This document shows positions 1 through 8,336 of a stretch of DNA of 64,000 nucleotides, piece by piece (the stretch's first letter is position 1; each line of letters begins with the position of its first letter). Both the position numbers and the translations under genes were made by a program. Below the pieces are notes generated by a model that was given only the letters and a program-made list of their open reading frames with translations, did not search any database and was not told the origin of the DNA. This stretch comes from a bacterium (GTDB taxonomy: Bacteria; UBA8248), in NCBI GenBank assembly GCA_963692865.2, contig OY843592.1, positions 3,328,001 to 3,392,000 on the forward strand, in the 5' to 3' direction.

Positions 1-352
1 ACTTGATCGCGTTGGTGAAGAGATCGCAGTTCTGGGAGTGATCCCAGTGCAGGTGCGTGAGGATGAGGATGTCCACTTCCTCGGGCTTCCAGCCCGCGCC
101 TTCCAACTGCTCGCGCACGCCCTGGCCGGGCTCCCGGCTCGCGGGCCAGGGGGCGCCGCCGCGTTCGGGGTCGAGAAAACTGGTGTCGACCACGACCTTC
201 ACGTCCTTGCCGTCGTGGTCCTTCGCCCCCTCGATCATGTAGATGAACGAGGGAATCTCGAGCTTTGTCCCGAAGTTCGTCCAATACACCATATTGGAGT
301 AATCCGTATGGATGGTGCCGCAGTTCAGCGGACGGATGGTGAGGTCTGACAT
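1..352 (-). CDS. N-acyl-homoserine-lactonase-family metallo-beta-lactamase-fold hydrolase (runs off the window edge)
   Basis: Not in the ORF track. Manual translation from ATG at 352: MSDLTIRPLNCG...VVVDTSF...DILILTHLHWDHSQNCDLF, containing the HxHxDH motif. Confidence 0.85.
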   Translation of the reverse strand, partial: MSDLTIRPLNCGTIHTDYSNMVYWTNFGTKLEIPSFIYMIEGAKDHDGKDVKVVVDTSFLDPERGGAPWPASREPGQGVREQLEGAGWKPEEVDILILTHLHWDHSQNCDLFTNAIK

Positions 353-470
353 GGAAACTGTTCCTTTCTGCGTTGTTTCGCGGCCCGCAGCGGGGCGCAA
401 ATGAACGATGGCGAATTTGCCTGTTAATCACCGGCCGGGCGTCACGATGCCGGCGAACGGATGTGCGTTT

Positions 471-1070
471 TCAAGCCCGCGCGGTTCTCGCGAAGCGCAC
501 CACCTCCATCAACTCGTCCGGGCCTTCGGGTTCGACCGCGTCGAGGCCGAGCGCCAGATTCAGCCGGTTGCTCATGTTCCGGTACGACACCGAGCCGATG
601 ATGTCCAATATGTTCTCATCTGAGAACCCCGCCTCGCGCAGCGCGTCCAGGTCCGTCTCGCTCATGGCGTAGTGGTCGAACGTGAGTTTTTCGGCGAAGG
701 CGAGCATCGCCTTGTCCGCGTCGTCGAGAGCCGGGGAATTGTCCCTGTCCATCACCACGCCGGCCACGTCGGCCAGCGTTACGTCGTCGCCGCTTTCAGC
801 ACGGAAAGCCTGGCCATGGTTCATCGTTCAGCCGTAGCACCCGCCGATGGTGGCGACGTAGTAGGAGATCAACTCCTCGCGCCTCCCGCCCAGCGTCGAG
901 TTGCCGCCATGAACGGCCATGTTCATCGTCTGGCGTCCGTTCAAAACTTGGGGCCTGCGCGCCATCGTGAGCAACAGCTTGGGCACCGCGCCTCTCTTCG
1001 CCCGGATGCCCTCGAGAATCCCTCTAGCGGGCTCCTGGGCGTCATTCAGCCTTAATGGGGATATCCACAT
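471..1070 (-). CDS. AhpD/carboxymuconolactone-decarboxylase-like peroxidase-related protein, probable selenoprotein (CxxU, TGA at 828-830)
   Basis: ORFs 828..1070 and 471..824 are in one frame, separated by TGA plus one ACG codon. Read-through gives RREELISYYVATIGG-C-Y-G-U-T-M-N-H, matching the AhpD-type E...CxxCxxxH signature; C-terminal half has AMLAFAEKLT and GFSDENILDII. Confidence 0.85.
789..814 (-). promoter_or_regulatory. Candidate bacterial SECIS hairpin downstream of the in-frame UGA
   Basis: mRNA GCC-AG-GCUUUC-CGUGCU-GAAAGC-GGC: 6-bp stem starting 18 nt after UGA, G at loop position 2, plus a 3-bp lower stem; folded by eye. Confidence 0.55.
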
Positions 1071-1094
1071 TCTCCGTTCTCCTCGATACCAGCG

Positions 1095-2150
1095 TTATTC
1101 GCTTGAGCTTGCCGCGCGCTCTTCCGCGAACGCGGGCATCACCTCTTTCGCAAACCTCTCTATGGATTCAATCGCCTCGCCCTGGGCGATGCCGCGCAGC
1201 ACGAAGATCATGATGTGGTTCACCTGGAACTCCGCCTGGAGCCGCTTGAGATCGGCGATCACCTTATCCGGCGGGCCGATGACGCCGCCGCCCTCGATGA
1301 CCTGGCGGATGTCGACGTCGTAGCTCCAGTTGCGCTTAAGGGCCTCTTTCTCCTCGAGCGGCATCTCGATGGCGTTCACCGCGCTGCGGTAGGAGAGATA
1401 CCACGATTCGGAGGGTTCGATTTGCCGCCAGGCGTGCTCGGGGTCGTCGCATACGTGGACGTGGTGCGCCATGAGGGAGGGATACTCATCCGGGTCGCCG
1501 CCGCGCTTGCGCACGGTTTCCTGGAAGAGCGCCATCTTCTCCAGATACACGTCGGGCCCCTTGAAGGTGCCCGACGCCATGATGTTGTACCCCCTCTCGC
1601 CGGCGAAGACGTAGGTTTCGGGACTCGTGCCGGCCAGCCAGATGGGAGGGCGCGGCTTCTGGACGGGTTTCGGGAAAATCTCCGCGTCGATGCAGCTGTA
1701 GTGCTTCCCGTGGAAGGTGAGGCATTCCCCCTCCAGCAGGCGGGTCATCACCTCGATGCCCTCCTGCATCTTTTCCCTGCTCTCGGAAGGGGAGATGTTG
1801 AAGCCCTGAAACTCCTTGGGCTGGGAGCCTCTGCCAACGCCCAGTTCCAGGCGTCCGCCGCTCAGCACGTCGACCAGGGCCGCCTGTTCGGCCAGGCGCA
1901 CCGGATTGTGGAAGGGCATGATGCAGATGGCGGTGCCGATCCGTATCTTCTTGGTTCTTTGCGCGATGGCGAGCGCGACCATCAAGGCGTCGGGGCACAT
2001 GCCCACGCGGGAGAAGTGGTGCTCGGCCAGGAATACCGTGTCGTAGCCGAGTTCGTCCGCCACCTCGCACTGTTCGATCAACAGATCGAACTCGTGCTTA
2101 TAGGTTTCTCCCTCCTGACAGGCGGGAATGTAGAAAAGCGAGAATTTCAT
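1095..2150 (-). CDS. LLM-class flavin-dependent oxidoreductase (luciferase-like)
   Basis: Start MKFSLF at 2150; motifs AEHHF, RIGTA, PVRLAEQAALVDVLSGGRLELGVGRG, PKPVQKPRPPIW. Confidence 0.9.
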   Translation of the reverse strand: MKFSLFYIPACQEGETYKHEFDLLIEQCEVADELGYDTVFLAEHHFSRVGMCPDALMVALAIAQRTKKIRIGTAICIMPFHNPVRLAEQAALVDVLSGGRLELGVGRGSQPKEFQGFNISPSESREKMQEGIEVMTRLLEGECLTFHGKHYSCIDAEIFPKPVQKPRPPIWLAGTSPETYVFAGERGYNIMASGTFKGPDVYLEKMALFQETVRKRGGDPDEYPSLMAHHVHVCDDPEHAWRQIEPSESWYLSYRSAVNAIEMPLEEKEALKRNWSYDVDIRQVIEGGGVIGPPDKVIADLKRLQAEFQVNHIMIFVLRGIAQGEAIESIERFAKEVMPAFAEERAASSSE

Positions 2151-2197
2151 CTTTCCGGTCTCCTTCACGTACGCGAAAATCCTGCGCGCATGGCGGC

Positions 2198-2596
2198 TTA
2201 CGCGCCCATCGTGAACACCTTGTCCGCCCGGATGCGGTAGATGACGCGCACCTGCCCCGCCTGACGGTTGGGATAGCTGTCCACCCCCAGGTACTTGTTC
2301 GCGAGAGCGTCGATGTGCTCTTCCGCCCCGTTCTCGGTTATCTCGACCACCGTGCCCTGCAACCCCACCCACCTGTAGGCGTTTTCGGGGTCGACGATGG
2401 CCATCGACACCTTGGGACGCGCGCGCATGTTCAGGTCCTTGAGACGCCCCTTGGCCGAATTGACCTCGATGATGTCCCCGTTGGTCCCGAACCACACGGG
2501 AGAGACCTGGGGAGAGCCGTCCTTGTTCTGGGTTCCCAGATACAGGAGGGCCTTGGTGTCGAGAATGCCTGCATGAGATTCGGGTATCAGCGCCAT
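2198..2596 (-). CDS. PPOX-class (split beta-barrel) probable F420-dependent oxidoreductase
   Basis: 132 aa; GTQNKDGSPQVSPVWF, GRLKDLNMRARPKV, IDALANKYLG, RVIYRI. Confidence 0.85.
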   Translation of the reverse strand: MALIPESHAGILDTKALLYLGTQNKDGSPQVSPVWFGTNGDIIEVNSAKGRLKDLNMRARPKVSMAIVDPENAYRWVGLQGTVVEITENGAEEHIDALANKYLGVDSYPNRQAGQVRVIYRIRADKVFTMGA

Positions 2597-2644
2597 TTTT
2601 AGTTCCTCATAAGAAAAAGACTTTCGATTGCGCCCCGGATGCGA

Positions 2645-3625
2645 TCATACGCACCTGGGCAAAACCTCTTCGGTGAACATTCTGAGCGATTCGTCGAAAT
2701 CCTGGACCGGCGGGTCGATCATGATGCTCTTGACGCCGTAGGACTCGATTTCCTGGATGCGCTCGACGCACTGCTCGGGCGTTCCCGTGATGGTGAAACG
2801 GTCCAGAATGTAGTCGGTGATGAGGGGCACGTGCTTGGGATCCCGCCAGTTGCTCACGTCGAAGTTGTCGAGGAGGTTCTGAATCTCTGGCTTGAACGGG
2901 TCGGGCACCGAGTCGAGCGTCATGCGGAAGTTGTGGTGCGCGCGGTTCGCCACCCGCGCCCGCACCTTCTCGCGCGCGCGCACGCCGTCGGTGTCCACCG
3001 AGACGACCGCGCCGAATATGACGTCCATCTCCCCGAGAGAGGCGTCGCGATTCGCCATCCCCTCGTTCAGGTACTTCATCACCCAGTCCACCGTCTCCTG
3101 GTAGACGCCCGAACCGACGATGACGCCGTCGGCGACCTCCGCCGACATGGCGAGCGTCCTCGGGCCTTCGGCCGAGGTGTAGATGGGGATATCGCGCTCA
3201 CACCACATCTTCACGTTCACGCCTTCGGCGTATTCCACCGTCTCGCCGCGCGTGAACGCGCGAACGGCCGCGATGGACTCGCGCATCCGGGCGAGTCTGG
3301 CCATCTTCTTTCCCAGCGTGTAGACGGGCGTGTCTCCCGAGCCGATGCCGAACAGCACGCGGCCGCCCGAGAGTTCGTCGAGCGTGGCGATGGCGCTCGC
3401 CGCCACGCTGTCGTCGTGCAGCACCGGGTTCGTCACGCCGGGGCCGATTTTCACGTGCGAGGTGTTCTCTATCGCCAGAGCGAGCGCGACGTTGTGATCC
3501 CGGCAGGTGAGGTGGCTCTCCGCTATCCAGACCTGTTCGAAACCGTTGTCCTCCGCGTATTTCGAACGCTGCGCCACGAGCCGGATGTCGTCCGGCACCA
3601 AGTGAAGACTAAAACTCATACCCAC
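2645..3625 (-). CDS. LLM-class oxidoreductase, Mer (methylene-H4MPT reductase)-like
   Basis: VWIAES, KIGPGVTNP, ATLDELSGGRVLFGIGSGD, GPRTLAMSAEVADGV, GTPEQCVERI. Confidence 0.85.
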   Translation of the reverse strand: MGMSFSLHLVPDDIRLVAQRSKYAEDNGFEQVWIAESHLTCRDHNVALALAIENTSHVKIGPGVTNPVLHDDSVAASAIATLDELSGGRVLFGIGSGDTPVYTLGKKMARLARMRESIAAVRAFTRGETVEYAEGVNVKMWCERDIPIYTSAEGPRTLAMSAEVADGVIVGSGVYQETVDWVMKYLNEGMANRDASLGEMDVIFGAVVSVDTDGVRAREKVRARVANRAHHNFRMTLDSVPDPFKPEIQNLLDNFDVSNWRDPKHVPLITDYILDRFTITGTPEQCVERIQEIESYGVKSIMIDPPVQDFDESLRMFTEEVLPRCV

Positions 3626-3665
3626 GAAAAAGCGCCTCCAGAATGTTCAGGAAAAGAAGATGACA

Positions 3666-4736
3666 TCAAGCGTTGCTGCCGTTCGAAGCGGCGGGCGCGG
3701 CGGCGTTCACCAGCGGCATGACGTCGTTCGCGAAGCTCTCTATCGAGCGCATCACCGAGGCGTGGTCCGGCCCGCGCCAGGGCGCCAGGATGACGTGATT
3801 GACCCCGTAGTCATCGCGCAGCCTGCAGATATCCTCCGCGACGGCTCCCGGATCGGCGATGATGCCGCCGCCCCTGACGATCTCCTCGACGTTCAGCTCA
3901 TAGCTCCAGTTGCGCTTCAGGTGCTTCGCCTCGTCCTCGGGCATCTCGACCTCGTTCATCTTCGCCCGGTAGCGCAGGTATTCGCCCTCGCCTTCTACAG
4001 TGAGGTTGAAGTATTCTTCCGCATCCGCCGCGTCGCACACGTGGATGTGGTGAACGAGCGGCCTCTCGATTCCGGCGGGGTCGCCGCCCGATTTTCGGAT
4101 GGCGTCCTCATACAGCCCGAACTTTTGCTTGTACACTTCGGGCCCCGTGAAGCCCGCCGAGGCCATCACCTTGAAGCCGTTCTCGCCCGCATAGGTGTAG
4201 GTTTCGGGGCTCGTGCCCGCCAGCCAGATGGGGGGTCTCGGCTTTTGCAGGGGCTTGGGGAAGATTTCCACGTCCTCGCAACTGTGATACCGCCCCTGGA
4301 ACGTCACTTTTTCCCCTTCGAGAAGGCGGGAGAGAATATGGAGCCCCTCTTTTAAGCGCTCGCGGCTCTCGGACGGCTTGGCGCCGAATCCCTGGAACTC
4401 CTTGGGCTGGGAGCCGCGCCCCACGCCCAACTCCAGCCTGCCGCCGCTCAGGAGATCGACCATGGCGGCCTGCTCGGCCAGCCGGATGGGATCGTGGAAC
4501 GACATGATGGAAATGGCCGTGCCCACGTGGATTTTCTTCGTCTTCTGGGCCACGGCGGCGCAAATCAGGAGGGGATCGGGAATCATCCCGACGCGGGAGA
4601 AGTGATGCTCGGCGTACCATACGCACGAATAGCCCAACTCGTCCGCCAGTATACTTTCCGTGAGCATATCCTCATGAACCTGGGCCTCGGTCATATCTTC
4701 GGGACGGTACAGAATGTAAAAAAGCGAAAAGTCCAT
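3666..4736 (-). CDS. LLM-class flavin-dependent oxidoreductase, paralog of 1095-2150
   Basis: Start MDFSLFY at 4736; AEHHFSRVGM, SGGRLELGVGRGSQPKEFQGF and LKRNWSY shared with 1095-2150. Confidence 0.9.
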   Translation of the reverse strand: MDFSLFYILYRPEDMTEAQVHEDMLTESILADELGYSCVWYAEHHFSRVGMIPDPLLICAAVAQKTKKIHVGTAISIMSFHDPIRLAEQAAMVDLLSGGRLELGVGRGSQPKEFQGFGAKPSESRERLKEGLHILSRLLEGEKVTFQGRYHSCEDVEIFPKPLQKPRPPIWLAGTSPETYTYAGENGFKVMASAGFTGPEVYKQKFGLYEDAIRKSGGDPAGIERPLVHHIHVCDAADAEEYFNLTVEGEGEYLRYRAKMNEVEMPEDEAKHLKRNWSYELNVEEIVRGGGIIADPGAVAEDICRLRDDYGVNHVILAPWRGPDHASVMRSIESFANDVMPLVNAAAPAASNGSNA

Positions 4737-4991
4737 AAAAAATCCCCGGCTTCGTTGCGCGAAACTCGCTTGGGTGAATTCCTCTCGGGCGGCCCGCAAG
4801 GCGATCCTCAAGACGAAAAAAACGCGACTCTCGGGTTTCCCGCATCAGGAATCGGGGAGCATAATGCCGATACCGGCGCGGGCGCGTCAAGGTTGCCCGC
4901 TTAATTTACAGATTTCCGTTTATGAAATATGCTTGGCCGCTCTTCGAGCCATTCAGGACGATGTATCGCAGGTTTTCCAAGCGGAGGCGCC

Positions 4992-5750
4992 TTGAACCCA
5001 CTCGCATTGATACTCGCCTTTTGCGCCGCCTTCGTCGGCTCGGGCCTGAAAGCCGTGGGCGGATTCGGCTTCGCCACCTTGACGACGCCCACCGTGGCCA
5101 TTTTCTGGGATTTGCCCACGGCCATCGCCGTCATCTCCATTCCCACCCTGTGCACGAGCCTCATGAACGCCTGGCGAACGCGCGCCGCCGTCCACGAAGG
5201 CTTGCGGCCCTTTGTTCCCTTCTTTTCGATGAGCCTCGTGGGTCTGGCCGCCGGCCTCACGATTCTCCTGAACACGGACCCGCGCCTGATGAAATTCATC
5301 CTGGGCGCCTTCCTGATCTGTCAGATCGTCTGGCAATGGAGCCGGCCCGAAAAGCCTGATCCCGAGGATTCGCTGAAGCGCTCACTGGGCATGGGCGCGG
5401 TCGCGGGACTGATGCTGGGCACCATCAACATCCCATCCCACGTCATCGCCTCCTATCTCACGGGCATGAAGATATCGAAGGAGCGCTACCTCTTCGTGCT
5501 GAGCGCAAGCCAGGTGGTGCTCCGCGTCGCCGCCATCGCCTCCATCGCGGCGGCGGGCTACATCGGCGAGACGGCCCTGTGGCTCATCCTCATCCTCTCG
5601 ACGCCCGTGCTGCTCGGCTTTTTCGTGGGCACGAAGATATACAACATCTTCTCGGATCAGGCGTTCTTCCGTATCGTCACGGCTGTTCTGTTCCTCATGG
5701 GCGCCGTCCTCCTCGTCATGAACTACGAGGGAGTCGCCGTAATTTTCTGA
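4992..5750 (+). CDS. TauE/SafE-family (sulfite exporter-like) membrane protein
   Basis: TTG start after GGAGG; about 8 hydrophobic segments; N-terminal GSGLKAVGGFGF motif. Confidence 0.8.
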   Translation: MNPLALILAFCAAFVGSGLKAVGGFGFATLTTPTVAIFWDLPTAIAVISIPTLCTSLMNAWRTRAAVHEGLRPFVPFFSMSLVGLAAGLTILLNTDPRLMKFILGAFLICQIVWQWSRPEKPDPEDSLKRSLGMGAVAGLMLGTINIPSHVIASYLTGMKISKERYLFVLSASQVVLRVAAIASIAAAGYIGETALWLILILSTPVLLGFFVGTKIYNIFSDQAFFRIVTAVLFLMGAVLLVMNYEGVAVIF

Positions 5751-5882
5751 TTTTTCAGAAAAGAATCGAGTAGCCCGACGGAATTGACGAAGGCGGAGCA
5801 TCTGCGCTATTTTTCGGATTCATCGCGAAAAACGAAAAAGCGAAATCACGCTCCATCAGATATCTCATAAGGACCGAACAAC

Positions 5883-6635
5883 ATGCCGGCGAAAGTAAGC
5901 ATCAAGAATCTGCACATGGAATACTACCTGAAGGACAGAAAGGTGTACGCCCTACAGGACATCAACCTAGACATCCAGGACGGGGAATTCCTCTGCGTCG
6001 TGGGACTGTCCGGTTGCGGGAAAACCACGCTGCTGAACATTCTCGCGGGCTTCCTGAACCACACGGCGGGCTCCATTCTTTTGGACGGCAACCCCATTTC
6101 CGCCGCGGGCCGCATGAACCGGGGCGTCGTTTTTCAGGAATACGCGCTTTTCCCCTGGCGCACGGCGCTCAGGAACGTCGAGTTCGGCCTGGAGATGAAA
6201 GGCCTCGGCAAGGAGGAGCGCAGTCAAAAGGCGCAGGAATTTCTCGAGCTCGTCCACCTCGAAAAATTCACCCATCTCTACCCCCACAACCTCTCGGGCG
6301 GCATGAAGCAGCGCGTCGCCGTGGCGCGGGCGTACGCCTACGAGCCGCAGTTCATGCTCATGGACGAACCCTTCGGCGCGCTCGACGCGCAGACGCGCGA
6401 GAACCTCCAGTCGCTTACGGTCGAGGTATGGGAGAAAACGAAGAAGACCATCTTCTACGTCACGCACAACCTGAGCGAGGCGGTCTACCTCGCGGACAGG
6501 ATCATCGTTCTCGCGGGCCAGCCGGGGCAGATTCACAAGGAGATCGTCGTGGACGTCCCGCGTCCCCGCGACCCCTTCGACCCGAGGGTTATCGAACTCG
6601 AACACATGGCGACCGAAGCCGTGCGCGGCAACTAG
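5883..6635 (+). CDS. ABC transporter ATP-binding protein, nitrate/sulfonate/taurine (SsuB/TauB-like)
   Basis: Walker A GLSGCGKTT, VFQEYALFPW, LSGGMKQR, MDEPFGALDAQTR, VTHN. Confidence 0.92.
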   Translation: MPAKVSIKNLHMEYYLKDRKVYALQDINLDIQDGEFLCVVGLSGCGKTTLLNILAGFLNHTAGSILLDGNPISAAGRMNRGVVFQEYALFPWRTALRNVEFGLEMKGLGKEERSQKAQEFLELVHLEKFTHLYPHNLSGGMKQRVAVARAYAYEPQFMLMDEPFGALDAQTRENLQSLTVEVWEKTKKTIFYVTHNLSEAVYLADRIIVLAGQPGQIHKEIVVDVPRPRDPFDPRVIELEHMATEAVRGN

Positions 6636-6661
6636 CGTCACTTCCTCTTCGGAATCACAAA

Positions 6662-6698
6662 AAGAAAGGCCGGCCCCACTCGGGAGCCGGCCTTTCTT
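6662..6698. terminator. Bidirectional intrinsic terminator between convergent ABC genes
   Basis: 13-bp inverted repeat AAGAAAGGCCGGC / GCCGGCCTTTCTT with A-rich and T-rich flanks. Confidence 0.8.
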
Positions 6699-6718
6699 GT
6701 TCCTGTCGGTGTTATCGG

Positions 6719-7588
6719 CTATTGGCGCTGTCCGCCGACCTCTTCCATCATGCCCCACTTGACGACGGTCACCTTCTCGAACTTCTCGAAGATGAACTTC
6801 TCCATCACGAAGCCGACCAGGGCGATGGCCGCGATGCCCACCAGCATGAAGGCGGTGTCCAGGTCCTCGCGGCTGTCGAAGATGGCGTAGCCGAGACCCC
6901 AGTCGCTCGCGGCCACCATCTCGCCCGCGATGCCGGCGCGCCAGGCGCGCGCCAAGCCGATGCGGATGCCCGAGAGGATGAAGGGCAGCGAGCCGGGGAA
7001 AATGACCTTCCAGAACAGGGTCATTCCCTCGGCGTTCATCGACTGCGCCGCCCGTATCCAGATCGGATTGATGGTCTTCACGCCCGTCCAGGTGGAGGAG
7101 ATGGCCGGAAGCGCCGCGGCGAACGCGGTAATGAAGATCATCGTCGTGTTGCCGAGGCCGAACCACAGGACGAGAATCGGGCTCCACGCCAGGGCCGGAA
7201 TGGGCAGGAGCATGCTCAGGATGGGGATCATGAACTTCTCGAACCAGCCGATTCGCCCCATCGCGATCCCGATGCCTATCCCCACGAAGCCCGCGATGAT
7301 CATTCCCACCATAATCCGCCATGCGGTGTGATAGGAGTGTACGCACAAAACGCATGTGGTCTCACCGGACTTCAGGAAGGTGACCTCGTAGAAGCGGTGC
7401 AGAATGGGGAATACGCGCGGAAACAGCGCGGGCTCGCTCACGTACCAGGCGATGCACTCCCATATCACGAGCACCGCGATGAAGCTCGGGACGTTGTCCT
7501 TGAGCCACATCCAGACTCTTTCCTGCTTCGTGTATTCGTCAGGCAGTTTTACGTCATCTCTTCTGACTTCATCCGTCGCCGTCGCCAT
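6719..7588 (-). CDS. ABC transporter permease, SsuC/TauC-like
   Basis: PIPALAWSP, LWFGLGN, EAA-like IRAAQSMNA, SGIRIGLARAW, GEMVAASDWGLG. Confidence 0.9.
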   Translation of the reverse strand: MATATDEVRRDDVKLPDEYTKQERVWMWLKDNVPSFIAVLVIWECIAWYVSEPALFPRVFPILHRFYEVTFLKSGETTCVLCVHSYHTAWRIMVGMIIAGFVGIGIGIAMGRIGWFEKFMIPILSMLLPIPALAWSPILVLWFGLGNTTMIFITAFAAALPAISSTWTGVKTINPIWIRAAQSMNAEGMTLFWKVIFPGSLPFILSGIRIGLARAWRAGIAGEMVAASDWGLGYAIFDSREDLDTAFMLVGIAAIALVGFVMEKFIFEKFEKVTVVKWGMMEEVGGQRQ

Positions 7589-7835
7589 CAACAGCCTCCC
7601 AAATCATGCGATTTTCAAATCATTTCGTATGCAATGCGTCCACGGCCGAAGCCGTGGAATTATCCATCTACTCTGGATGATTCATTGCGGGTGGATTCCG
7701 ATTTGCGGCCATTCTTGCAAAATTGCTTTCCCAAGTCAAAATCATCGGGCAAAGATTTTCTCGTTTTCGGATCATGGAATTTCACCCGCGATCATCACCT
7801 CACGACGCTTTCGTCCACCCGGGCCGATTACCGCT

Positions 7836-8270
7836 TTATTCAGGGCCTTGATCGGCAATATCCCGAAACCGCGCGGCCACGCTCTCGTCCGCCCCTTCGC
7901 CGATATAGGCGCCGTAGGTCGTATCATCCTCGGCGACCCCCTCGATCTGCCAGGTCGTATCCTTCGCCACGATGAAGACGACGTCCTCATCGTCGGTGGC
8001 CACCATGCTGTGGAGCGAATTGGCCGGTATGTGGATGATGCCCCCCTTGCCGACCGTCTTGCGCTCGCCGTCGATCATCGCCTGCAGGCTGCCCTGCTGC
8101 ACGAAGATGAACTGCTCGTTGGGGTGGCGGTGCGGCCTGCTGCCCGTGCCCGCGGGCTTGTTGATGACGCCGAAGATGACGCGATCGCCGTCCACCCACA
8201 CGCCCTCGGAGGTGCTGTAGCTCGCCCCCGCCAGTTTCTGCTCCATCGTCTTGGGATCGTAAAAAGGCAT
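7836..8270 (-). CDS. Cupin-domain protein
   Basis: Motif 1 HRHPNEQF, motif 2 GGIIHIPANSLH. Confidence 0.85.
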   Translation of the reverse strand: MPFYDPKTMEQKLAGASYSTSEGVWVDGDRVIFGVINKPAGTGSRPHRHPNEQFIFVQQGSLQAMIDGERKTVGKGGIIHIPANSLHSMVATDDEDVVFIVAKDTTWQIEGVAEDDTTYGAYIGEGADESVAARFRDIADQGPE

Positions 8271-8336
8271 TGTCTTTCGTTTCCTCCAATCGATTGTTCA
8301 AGGATTCATGGATTCATTCTACGCTTCCACGCGTTA

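Noticed and set aside
1-352. Quorum-quenching function
   Set aside because: HxHxDH defines only the fold; the gene is truncated and its context is catabolic
471-1070. Two separate small genes or a nonsense pseudogene
   Set aside because: The stop falls exactly on the second Cys of the motif, both halves are intact and in frame, and the same pattern recurs at 58521; Sec read-through is more parsimonious, though unproven
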